DNA of 44,560 nucleotides from contig CBEUCH010000021.1 of the NCBI GenBank assembly GCA_965541585.1, positions 1-44,560 on the forward strand, read 5' to 3'. Positions within the stretch are counted from its first letter, which is position 1. Every line of letters starts with the position of its first letter. This DNA comes from an uncultured bacterium. GTDB taxonomy: Bacteria; Zixibacteria; MSB-5A5; UBA10806. A program made the position numbers and the translations under genes. The notes under the pieces were generated by a model. That model was given only the letters and a program-made list of their open reading frames with translations, made no database searches and was not told where the DNA came from. This document shows, one piece after another, positions 20,834 to 29,458 of the stretch.

Positions 20834-21268
20834 ATGAAAAAGACTGCAGTAAATAAGTTCCTTACTTGGGCAATAATTATTGCTCTATTTATAATCTATT
20901 CGGCTTCCGGCAACGGATTGATAATGTGTATTAGCGAGTTCGGACACATTCAAATCGAAAGTAAATTTTTCATCAATTATGGCAAAAACGGTCCGGCCTT
21001 TATAGACAATACGCCGTCTAAAATATACTATTTTCCAATCTCAGGGTGCGGAAGTTGTGAAGATATGGAACTTTCACAGGTCGGATTAATTAGTTCCTCC
21101 AGCCAAAGGTATAGAGTATATTATCAAACGACGTCTTCTATTGCCGATATTAAAGGTCCCCGGGAATATATTTTTAACGATGAGATTTCCTACCGGTTTA
21201 ATGAATATCATGATTTAACACCGGGACAAACTCAAAAAATAGTCGCAACGACCATTCTTATTTGCTGA
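20834..21268 (+). CDS. Hypothetical exported Cys/His-containing protein upstream of czc operon (CzcI-like position)
   Basis: N-terminal hydrophobic segment, 'LIMCISEFGHIQIE', 'CGSCED'; TTGACA at 20798. Confidence 0.65.
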   Translation: MKKTAVNKFLTWAIIIALFIIYSASGNGLIMCISEFGHIQIESKFFINYGKNGPAFIDNTPSKIYYFPISGCGSCEDMELSQVGLISSSSQRYRVYYQTTSSIADIKGPREYIFNDEISYRFNEYHDLTPGQTQKIVATTILIC

Positions 21269-21375
21269 TTCCCAACAGGTTTCTATAGAAGTTTGTTTGT
21301 TATCGCAGCCATGACTTGGCTGTGAACGTTCATTTTTATTCAAGAAATAAACTTTAAAAATACAGGAGAACCAGT

Positions 21376-22692
21376 ATGGTGAAGTACGTTATCCGATCAA
21401 GTCTTATAGTAATCTTTTCATTTCTTACAGTTAATATGTATCTACCCACCGTAAAAGCCGAAAATCCAGATTCTAATTTGCAATGGCAAAAGCCATTTGA
21501 TTCAGAAAATGAAACTGATATTCCCACAAGCGATTCTCTTCCTCTGGAAACTGTTCTGAATTTTGTGGCACAGGCAAATCCCGGTCTAAAGGCAAACCGA
21601 AAACAAGTTGAAGCCATGGATGGATTAGTAAATCAGGCTGGACTTCGTCCCAATCCGGAATTAGAGATTGAGTTTGAGGAAGTAGGGTGGGACGCGCCGG
21701 GCTTTGACGAATCCGAAATTCGTATAGTGTTGTCTCAGGAATTTGAACTTTGGGGCAAACGTAAAAATCGTAAGAAACTGGCAAGGAGCGAACTTGCAGC
21801 CACTGAATTTGAAACAATTGTATCTGGATTCGAACTCCGCGCAGAGACCATGGAAAACTTCCACACATTAGTTCATGCGCAAAGACAAGTAGTTCTCGCC
21901 TGCCAAGCCAACGAAATCGCCGAAGCAATCGTTTCTACAACCAAGACCAGAGTTGAAAAGGGTGCGGCCCTATCCGCAGAATTACTGTTGGCTGAACTTG
22001 AGCTTGAACAAACCAAACTCGAATTGGCCCGGGTCAAAAGTCAACTACATATCGCAAAGCATAACCTGGCATCGATGTGGAAAGGCGATGGTTCAAAGTT
22101 AATTGTGGCTGAACCGAAATTAGATAAATCCTTTATATCCAGAATTGCTGACCTACAGCCGTTTGTCAATAATAATCGAGAGATTGCCGCTCTCGAGCAT
22201 GAATTGAAAATCCTAAAAACTCAGTTGGCGGTAGAAAAATCTGAAGGCAAACCAAACTTAACTTTCAGCGGAGGAATTAAGAGACTTCAGGCCGATGAAA
22301 CAAATTCATTTATATTCGCCCTGGGTATACCCCTAAGTTTTTTCAATCGGAATCAAGGAACGGTTTACTCTCTGGCAACTCGATCAGAAGCGATTGAATT
22401 AGCTAAAGAACAAGCTCAACTCAATGCAGAAGCTGATTTCTTGAGCTTAGAGCAAAATCTACGTCAGCTACTCTCTCGCCATAACTCAATAGATACGCTC
22501 TTATTACCACTATCAGAGAAAGCGTACCGTTCGCTTGAAGAGGCATATAATATGGGAAGAGTACCATATTCGACGCTTCTTGAAAGCCAGAGATCATTAG
22601 TAGATCTACGCTTTGAATTGACCGATTTGGAACTGGAGATCAGAAAAGAAATAGGCTCAATCGAGAGTTTACTCGGCATAAAATTAGATTAA
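21376..22692 (+). CDS. czcC: TolC-family outer-membrane efflux protein (CzcC-like)
   Basis: 'QAGLRPNPEL', 'LSQEFELWGKRKNR', 'IPLSFFNRNQG', 'AY..G....LLESQRSL'; first gene of a C-B-A cluster. Confidence 0.88.
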   Translation: MVKYVIRSSLIVIFSFLTVNMYLPTVKAENPDSNLQWQKPFDSENETDIPTSDSLPLETVLNFVAQANPGLKANRKQVEAMDGLVNQAGLRPNPELEIEFEEVGWDAPGFDESEIRIVLSQEFELWGKRKNRKKLARSELAATEFETIVSGFELRAETMENFHTLVHAQRQVVLACQANEIAEAIVSTTKTRVEKGAALSAELLLAELELEQTKLELARVKSQLHIAKHNLASMWKGDGSKLIVAEPKLDKSFISRIADLQPFVNNNREIAALEHELKILKTQLAVEKSEGKPNLTFSGGIKRLQADETNSFIFALGIPLSFFNRNQGTVYSLATRSEAIELAKEQAQLNAEADFLSLEQNLRQLLSRHNSIDTLLLPLSEKAYRSLEEAYNMGRVPYSTLLESQRSLVDLRFELTDLELEIRKEIGSIESLLGIKLD

Positions 22693-22716
22693 CACAACGA
22701 ATTTGAGGATAGGAAT

Positions 22717-23673
22717 ATGAATGTTTTAACACTTTCTGAACGACCATTAAAACCGCTTACGATACCAGTGTTTGTCTTTTTCTTGGCATTCTATGTCCCC
22801 TATATAGGGATCACACAAGACATTAACGAAAGTGATGAAGTGGAGCACGAGGATATCGTCCAACTCTCAAAAGCTGAAATGACTGAGTTTGGCGTTAAGA
22901 CCGCGATGGTCGCATCCGGCACCTTGCATTTGGAGATTATCGTCCCGGGCGAAGTTGCGGTTAACAATGATCGTCTTGCCCATATAGCCCCGCGGTTTCC
23001 GGGCGTAGTGAAACAAGTTAACAGGCACCTTGGCGATAAGGTTCATAAAGGGGACGTATTAGCTGTTATTGAGAGCAATGAAGGATTGGTCCCGTATGAA
23101 GTTCAATCGCTTCTTGATGGTACGATAATAGAAAAACATATAACGATTGGAGAGGTACTCTCTGAAGAGATACCTGCTTTTGTAATCGCAGATCTTAGTA
23201 GTGTTTGGGTTAACCTCTCTATCTACCAGATGCACTTACCTCATGTACGAGTGGGCCAACAAGTGACCGTCTCATCCGGTCAGGAATTCGCGGATGCAAC
23301 TGGACCTATCTCCTATCTGTCGCCCATTATCGATGAGCATACCCGCACTGCCACCGCCAGGGTTGTACTAGCCAACCACAGTGGAGATTGGAGGCCCGGG
23401 CTATTTGTTGAAGGAAGGATTAGAGCGAATGAAGTTGCAGTTGATGTTCTCGTACCGAAATCAGCCCTGCAAATGTTTGAAGGACAAACCGTAGTCTTTG
23501 TTGAAACCGAGGGTGGCTTCATTCCCCAGCCAATTAAGATCGGGCGCACAAATGAAGATTCTGTTGAGATTCTCAAAGGACTCGAAGTAGGTCAGATTTA
23601 CGTTAGTCAAGGAGGCTTCATATTAAAAGCCGAATTGGAAAAGAGTAATTTGGGCGAAGGCCACGGCCATTAA
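22717..23673 (+). CDS. czcB: Heavy-metal RND efflux membrane-fusion protein (CzcB-like)
   Basis: 'IADLSSVWV', 'DEHTRTATARVVL.N..G.WRPGLFV', C-terminal 'LKAELEKS..GEGHGH'. Confidence 0.9.
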   Translation: MNVLTLSERPLKPLTIPVFVFFLAFYVPYIGITQDINESDEVEHEDIVQLSKAEMTEFGVKTAMVASGTLHLEIIVPGEVAVNNDRLAHIAPRFPGVVKQVNRHLGDKVHKGDVLAVIESNEGLVPYEVQSLLDGTIIEKHITIGEVLSEEIPAFVIADLSSVWVNLSIYQMHLPHVRVGQQVTVSSGQEFADATGPISYLSPIIDEHTRTATARVVLANHSGDWRPGLFVEGRIRANEVAVDVLVPKSALQMFEGQTVVFVETEGGFIPQPIKIGRTNEDSVEILKGLEVGQIYVSQGGFILKAELEKSNLGEGHGH

Positions 23674-23690
23674 GGCAACGAGGTAAAAAA

Positions 23691-26600
23691 ATGATTGATA
23701 AAATAATACAGCTCTCGTTAAGGAATCGCCCACTGTTGCTGGTTTTTGGCTTCATGATTATGGCTGGTGGGTATTTAAGTTACAATAAACTACCAGTAGA
23801 CGCTTTTCCAGACGTATCACCCAACCTCGTACAGGTATTTACGATCACGGAAGGATTAGCTCCGGAGGAGATCGAGCAATATATTACCTACCCCGTTGAA
23901 GCCGCGATGAACGGATTACCGGGGATATCCAAAATTCGATCAGTCTCCAATTTCGGGTTGTCAGTTGTCAATGTCTATTTCAAAGATGATGTTGACATTT
24001 ACTTCGCCCGCCGACTCGTAGATGAACGATTGCAGGAGGCCCGTGAGCAGATTCCCGAAGGCTTCGGTGAACCGGAAATGGGTCCCATATCAACCGGCAT
24101 GGGATTGATACTTTTCTACTATCTTGAAGATGAGACTGGAACCTACACTCTGGAGGAACTACGAAGCATTCAGGACTGGCTGGTCAAGTTTCATCTGCAG
24201 ACTGTCCCTGGTGTTACGGAAGTACTGGGCATCGGCGGTTATGAAAAGCAGTTTCATATCAACGTACACCCGGAGGGACTCCTTCGTTATGACGTGTCAT
24301 TATCAGAATTAATTGAGATAATACGCGCCAACAATCTGAATGTCGGGGCACAGTTCATTGAACGAGACGCGGAAGAACTGATAGTGCGTTCGGTGGGTCT
24401 GGCATATACCATCGACGATCTCAAGAATATCGTGGTTAAATCGGAAGACGGAACTCCAATCTTTCTAAGTCAGATCGCCGATATCGAAATCGGTGGCGCC
24501 CTCCGTCGTGGTGTTCAAACCTACAACGGTGTTGGGGAAGTCGTCTCAGGAATGGTTATTAAACTGTTTGGCGCCAACTCCTCAACAGTTATTGAGGCCG
24601 TGGAGTCCAAGATGGTAGAGATCAATAAACTCCTACCGGATGGGATTAAACTCATTCCTTACTACGAGCAGAAAACTCTTGTAGCGGCATGTGTTAAGAC
24701 AGTCACCAACGCCCTGCTTGAAGGCATGGTCTTGGTCATCATAATTCTGATGATCTTTTTGGGAGGTTTTCGACCAAGTCTCGTAGCTGCAGTCTCAATC
24801 CCGTTTTCGGTTCTCTTTGCCTTCATCGGAATGAAACAGTTTGGCATATCGGCCAATCTGATGTCTTTTGGAGGTCTGGCTATAGCTATCGGGATGCTTG
24901 TCGACGGAGCAGTAGTCATGGTCGAAAATACAGAAAGGCTGCTGCATAGTTCAGATCCATCAGAGTCTCGCATTCATGTTGTTGCTCGTGCCTGTAAGGA
25001 AGTGGGTAGACCTATAGCTTTTGCGATATTTATTATTATTGTTGTTTTTCTTCCGTTGTTCACCCTGTCGGGTGTGGAAGGTAAGACCTTTAAACCATTG
25101 GCTTACACGGTCGCCCTGGCTATGTTGGGTTCGCTACTGTTTGCTTTGTTTATTGCACCGGCCCTTTCTTCGCTCCTCCTGCGACGACGAAAGAAGGGCC
25201 ATTTACATTCTGATGGGGGAGAAAAGGGCTTAATACGGTGGCTTCTCATTCCCTACCGACCTGTTCTTCGTTTTCTTATCAAACGTCGTTCCCTCGCCGT
25301 TTTACTGGCAGTAATCTTGATTATAATCGGTGCCGCGTTGTTCCCTCAGTTAGGTTCGGAATTCACGCCGAGACTTCAGGAAGGTACCTTGCTGATTCGC
25401 GCAACTATGCTTCCATCGATTGCGCTCACAGAAAGTACGCGTTTGATTCTGATAGTTGAACGGCGACTAATGAAGATTGATGAGGTGGTAGGAGTTGTCA
25501 CTCGCATAGGTCGAGGTGAGGTCGGAGCCCATAGCGAACCGGTCAACAACGCGGAAATGATAGTACTGCTCAAACCGCGCAACGAGTGGACAAATGGCGA
25601 TACGCAGGAAGAATTGCAAAACTTCATCCGGGAATCTCTGGGTAATGTACCAGGCATGCGAACTTTGTTTTCGCAACCGATTGAGGCAACCATCGATGAA
25701 CTCCTTGAGGGAGTCAGGGCGGAATTGGCTCTCAAACTCTTTGGTGACGATCTTGATGTTCTCAAACGCAAGGCCGATGAAATGGCGCGTGTATTGAGCG
25801 ATATCCGAGGTGCGAGGGATGTTCAACCTGACCAGGTGACCGGCACTCCACAACTCCTGATTCGAGTAGATCGCCAGGCAATTGCTCGTTATGGAATCAA
25901 CGTCGCTGATGTGCAGGAAGTAATTCAAGCAGCAGTCGGCGGAGAAATAGCCGGACAGATATTTGAAGGAGTCAGGCGTTTTGATATTCTTGTACGATAT
26001 GACAAGTCGCATCGTGACACCCCCGAAGCAATCGGACAGATTCTTGTTCAGTCACCTGATGGTGCATGGATTCCACTACATGAACTGGCTTCTATCGAAG
26101 AGATAGTTGGCCCAAGACAGATCACTCGGGAGAATAACCAGCGGTTCATCACTATCCAGTGTAATGTTACCGGTCGCGATATTACATCATTTGTCAAAGA
26201 CGCCCAGGAAGCGATCGACACAAAGGTTGATTTGTCGGCTGGATACTTTACAACCTGGGGCGGACAGTTCCGCCTTCAACAGGAAGCAAATAAAAGACTG
26301 GCGGTTGTGATTCCGATTACTCTGCTCTTTGTCTTTTTCCTACTGTTTTCAAGCTTTAATTCTCTTAAGAACTCACTCCTGATACTGCTGAATCTGCCTC
26401 TCGCTCTGGTAGGAGGCATTGTTGGGCTCTGGATCACCGGGCAGAACCTGTCAGTGCCAGCCTCGGTTGGTTTTATAGCATTGTTTGGTATCGCACTACT
26501 GAATGGAATTGTTCTTGTAACATACTTAAACCAGTTGGTCAAGGGAGGACTGTCAGTGGAAGAGGCATCGCTTAAGGGTGCGTCTCTCAGGATGAGGCCA

Positions 26601-26816
26601 GTGCTCATGACGGCTATGGCGGCTGCGCTAGGGATGATCCCACTTCTTTTTTCCAGTGGTATCGGCAGCGAGGTACAACGGCCGCTGGCGACAGTTGTCG
26701 TTGGTGGGCTAATCACTTCGACAATTCTTACATTGCTGGTCCTCCCTGCTATATACAAATGGTTCACGGATGCTCCAGCAAAAGCTGTGAGTTCAATAAG
26801 CGAGGAGAAAGTCTAA
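23691..26816 (+). CDS. czcA: CusA/CzcA-family heavy-metal RND permease
   Basis: 1041 aa; 'LPVDAFPDVS', 'NLMSFGGLAIAIGMLVDGAVVMVEN', 'RMRPVLMTA', 'GSEVQRPLATVVVGGL'. Confidence 0.95.
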   Translation: MIDKIIQLSLRNRPLLLVFGFMIMAGGYLSYNKLPVDAFPDVSPNLVQVFTITEGLAPEEIEQYITYPVEAAMNGLPGISKIRSVSNFGLSVVNVYFKDDVDIYFARRLVDERLQEAREQIPEGFGEPEMGPISTGMGLILFYYLEDETGTYTLEELRSIQDWLVKFHLQTVPGVTEVLGIGGYEKQFHINVHPEGLLRYDVSLSELIEIIRANNLNVGAQFIERDAEELIVRSVGLAYTIDDLKNIVVKSEDGTPIFLSQIADIEIGGALRRGVQTYNGVGEVVSGMVIKLFGANSSTVIEAVESKMVEINKLLPDGIKLIPYYEQKTLVAACVKTVTNALLEGMVLVIIILMIFLGGFRPSLVAAVSIPFSVLFAFIGMKQFGISANLMSFGGLAIAIGMLVDGAVVMVENTERLLHSSDPSESRIHVVARACKEVGRPIAFAIFIIIVVFLPLFTLSGVEGKTFKPLAYTVALAMLGSLLFALFIAPALSSLLLRRRKKGHLHSDGGEKGLIRWLLIPYRPVLRFLIKRRSLAVLLAVILIIIGAALFPQLGSEFTPRLQEGTLLIRATMLPSIALTESTRLILIVERRLMKIDEVVGVVTRIGRGEVGAHSEPVNNAEMIVLLKPRNEWTNGDTQEELQNFIRESLGNVPGMRTLFSQPIEATIDELLEGVRAELALKLFGDDLDVLKRKADEMARVLSDIRGARDVQPDQVTGTPQLLIRVDRQAIARYGINVADVQEVIQAAVGGEIAGQIFEGVRRFDILVRYDKSHRDTPEAIGQILVQSPDGAWIPLHELASIEEIVGPRQITRENNQRFITIQCNVTGRDITSFVKDAQEAIDTKVDLSAGYFTTWGGQFRLQQEANKRLAVVIPITLLFVFFLLFSSFNSLKNSLLILLNLPLALVGGIVGLWITGQNLSVPASVGFIALFGIALLNGIVLVTYLNQLVKGGLSVEEASLKGASLRMRPVLMTAMAAALGMIPLLFSSGIGSEVQRPLATVVVGGLITSTILTLLVLPAIYKWFTDAPAKAVSSISEEKV

Positions 26817-27157
26817 TGAAGAAGATCAAAGCTTACGTTAAATCGCATCGGCTATCAGAGGTTACTCTGGCCCTTCATAAAGTGGAGAGTTTGCCGGGCA
26901 TGAGCGTCACTGAAGTCAAAGGATTCGGCCGACGTTGTGATTCTGAAGATCATCAGCACCCAAACGACGATCCTGGGGACTTTATGTCGATATCAAAGAT
27001 CGAGATCTTTTGCCGCGACGAATTGGTGGACACTCTCGTTGAGACAATCGAAAAGGCGGCTCATACAGGTTTGTGCGGTGACGGCAAGATATACGTTTTG
27101 CCGGTCGAACAGGCCGTTCGCATCAGCACCGGTGAGCGCGGTCAGGCGGCCATTTAA
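26816..27157 (+). CDS. P-II family protein associated with czc operon
   Basis: Start ATG overlaps the czcA stop (TAATG); 'MKKIKAYVK', 'GMSVTEVKGFGR', 'AHTGLCGDGKIYV.PVEQAVRISTGERG'. Confidence 0.9.
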   Translation: MKKIKAYVKSHRLSEVTLALHKVESLPGMSVTEVKGFGRRCDSEDHQHPNDDPGDFMSISKIEIFCRDELVDTLVETIEKAAHTGLCGDGKIYVLPVEQAVRISTGERGQAAI

Positions 27158-27382
27158 CGATAGTATAGATATGATGTTAGCAGTGTACGTCTTCAAATAA
27201 ATTCGAACAATTTGTATCCTAAAATAAAAGACATTTTTTCGATTAGCAAATCCTTTTGGCGATTTATCTGCAGAAATTCCTCTACGATCCATAAGTCCTG
27301 AAGCCAGAAACATCAAACAAACTTGAATATTGATGTGGCAGCACTAACGTAAATGTGGTGTAACTATTGGGAGTAGATTCAT

Positions 27383-27609
27383 CTGGGCCTTGATCCCAGA
27401 GAGGCCGTTATCGCTCAATCACTTACAAAATATGTTGCAAAAACGGAGAGACTGGGAATCTCCGACATAGGTTTTAGTTAATCCCATACACAGCAGCAAA
27501 ATACGGGATAACTATAAGATTTTCAATAGATTAGGTTTTATATCTGTTTGTGTCTGTTTGTATCTGTTTTTGTCTGTTTTGGTGGTAGGTGGTCACAATA
27601 TGGGCACAA
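27383..27609 (-). mobile_element. att-site scar: 14-bp tRNA-Ser-like core (27444-27457), four 10-bp tandem repeats and arm-type pair
   Basis: 27383-27457 resembles 1828-1913; TRTCTGTTTK x4 at 27541-27580; GTCACA/GGCACA at 27592 and 27603 (11-bp period). Confidence 0.7.
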
Positions 27610-27759
27610 AAGCGTTTCGCCATCATTTTATAGAGAGGTCAAACAACTACACCATGCCATACACGCCGCCAGAATGGATGGAGCCACGCTAAGACTTTAG
27701 AGCGAGATTTTCGCATACATCCATACTCCATTTCCGTTAATCCCCAATTAGTGGAAATG

Positions 27760-27788
27760 AAAAAGGGGCTGTCACTGAAACAGCCCCT
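27760..27788 (-). terminator. Rho-independent terminator
   Basis: AGGGGCTGT/ACAGCCCCT stem with an A-tract on the + strand, 30 bp past the 27819 stop of the frameshifted tail. Confidence 0.75.
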
Positions 27789-27906
27789 CTTCCCATCTCA
27801 GGAAGTATTAGCTTACTCTTATTCCGACGTCTTTCCCTTACTAATGTTGACCTTGGTCTTCAGGGACGGCATCACCAGCGGCTGGTCTCCCTCACCTCGT
27901 AATAGC

Positions 27907-29034
27907 CTACCCGATCCCCGGGCAATCCTCACAGCCGGTGAGCGGTACGGGGCCTCTGTAGGCTGCGATTGACTTGACGACGTCCGTAAGCTCGAAGCTC
28001 GTGCAGTTACCGTCCACATCGGCGGAAGGCTTATACTCAGGATTCTGCTCCGAGCAATCGCAGACGTAGACGGGTTGATCAAAGCCTCTGTAGTAGGCGA
28101 TCATCTTGACAACGTCCGTAAGCTCACGCGCGATGCCGTTTTCGTCGCTGTCGCCGGGGAGGTGGGCGCAGGTGGGACCGCCTAACTCAACCTCGCAGAG
28201 CTCTATCCAGTAAGCCCTCATGCCCTCAAGCTCAACCTCCACCGTATCGCCGGCGTTGGTGATCTCATAGACTCCGCCGGTGCTGCCGGAGGCATCGGTC
28301 ACCAAAAGATTGCCGTTCCCCAACCGATATATGCCTCCACCATAGTGATTGAAGAGCATATTGTGGATGGTCCCATCCAGATCAAAATCCATGATCTGGC
28401 CAGAAAGGGCAAAGCCGGCAGTAAGGTAAGCGCCGGGCAATTGCGGGTCGGCCTGAATCTGTTGCGGCATGGTTGGAACGCTAATCACGTCCGCGGAGGG
28501 AGTACCGTCGGAATTGTATAGTCGGATGATATTTGCGCCTGCAACAGACACCAAACTCCGCCCATCTTCCAGAAAGAAGATCTCATGCATAGGTTCGCCA
28601 TCGGGATTGGTGATGAAATCCGACAAACGGCTGTGCGGGCCGTCAAATTCAAATACTTCAGTACCATTAGGTATGAAGAGGTGGTCTTCCCGAAAGGCGA
28701 TGCCTCTAACGAAGTCAAGACCGTCGGAGCCATCAGCGTATATATAAAGGTAGTTGCCGGTCGCGTCAAAAACATGAATTTTCTCGTCCCCGTACTCTGC
28801 AACATAAATATTGCCGTCGGGACCTTGAATGGCGTTGAAGTGATGAACTAGAGTAGGTAACGCAGTAAAAACGCCCAGATTATGACCGTCAAATGGATCA
28901 AACCCGTAGATCTCTGCCGCCGTTGTTGACCACACAGGTATCAAAAGTACCGACGTCGTATCGGCCAGGGCAACCGACGAGGTGCAAAAGAGCGTCAAAA
29001 GAAAAACCAACCAATAGGATTTCTTCATGGCCAT
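27907..29034 (-). CDS. Secreted NHL-type beta-propeller protein with dockerin-like C-terminal domain; basic tail (to 27819) is out of frame
   Basis: Signal peptide; 'GPDGNIYVAEYGDEKIHVFDATGNYL'; C-terminal domain closely matching that of 2698-9051. Confidence 0.85.
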   Translation of the reverse strand: MAMKKSYWLVFLLTLFCTSSVALADTTSVLLIPVWSTTAAEIYGFDPFDGHNLGVFTALPTLVHHFNAIQGPDGNIYVAEYGDEKIHVFDATGNYLYIYADGSDGLDFVRGIAFREDHLFIPNGTEVFEFDGPHSRLSDFITNPDGEPMHEIFFLEDGRSLVSVAGANIIRLYNSDGTPSADVISVPTMPQQIQADPQLPGAYLTAGFALSGQIMDFDLDGTIHNMLFNHYGGGIYRLGNGNLLVTDASGSTGGVYEITNAGDTVEVELEGMRAYWIELCEVELGGPTCAHLPGDSDENGIARELTDVVKMIAYYRGFDQPVYVCDCSEQNPEYKPSADVDGNCTSFELTDVVKSIAAYRGPVPLTGCEDCPGIG

Positions 29035-29045
29035 CCTCTCCGTTT

Positions 29046-29152
29046 AGAGTTGTTAGTAATCTTGTCGGCCGGAAGCTGACGACCTTGGGGTTGCCTATCA
29101 GAGTTGTTAGTAATCTTGTCGGCCGGAAGCTGACGACCTTGGGATTGCCTAT
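29046..29152. repeat. 54-bp tandem duplication in the leader of the NHL gene
   Basis: AGAGTTGTTAGTAATCTTGTCGGCCGGAAGCTGACGACCTTGGGRTTGCCTAT at 29046 and 29100, with one mismatch. Confidence 0.95.
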
Positions 29153-29195
29153 TTGAAAATCCGACACTACATCCACCACTACGGCAATCCGCGAT

Positions 29196-29378
29196 ACCGG
29201 TATGTGAATGTCGTTCGGCCTTAATTTTATAATAATACAATCCCGAGGCCCGGTCCTTCGCGTCCCACACAACGCGATAATTCCCGGCCCGCTGATCCTG
29301 GCCCGTAAGCCTCTCTATTTTGCGGCCCAGCAGATCGTAAATATCAACGGTGACGAAGGCCTCCTCGGGTAAACTATT
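29196..29378 (-). pseudogene. Orphan FlgD/T9SS-type C-terminal domain remnant
   Basis: SLPEEAFVTVDIYDLLGRKIERL..QDQRAGNYRVVWDA....SGLYYYKI closely matches the tails of the two upstream BNR proteins but has no N-terminal part. Confidence 0.8.
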
Positions 29379-29418
29379 CACGTGCCGTCAGGTCGGCGGA
29401 CCTGACGGTCTTACCGGG

Positions 29419-29456
29419 TGTCGGGTTTTTCGGCTTCACCTCAGAACCCGACCTAC
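29419..29456 (-). repeat. GTAG-type REP-like palindrome
   Basis: Reverse complement reads GTAGGTCGGGTT...AACCCGACA directly after the 29459 stop; related copy at 31821-31860; extra hairpin at 29385-29408. Confidence 0.65.
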
Positions 29457-29458
29457 GT

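Noticed and set aside
27819..28082. 87-aa ORF as an independent gene
   Set aside because: Its last ~32 residues are the out-of-frame tail of the 27907-29034 gene; the rest is an alternative frame.
27541..29152. CRISPR array (10-bp repeats at 27541; 54-bp repeats at 29046)
   Set aside because: The repeats abut with no unique spacers, and no cas genes are present.
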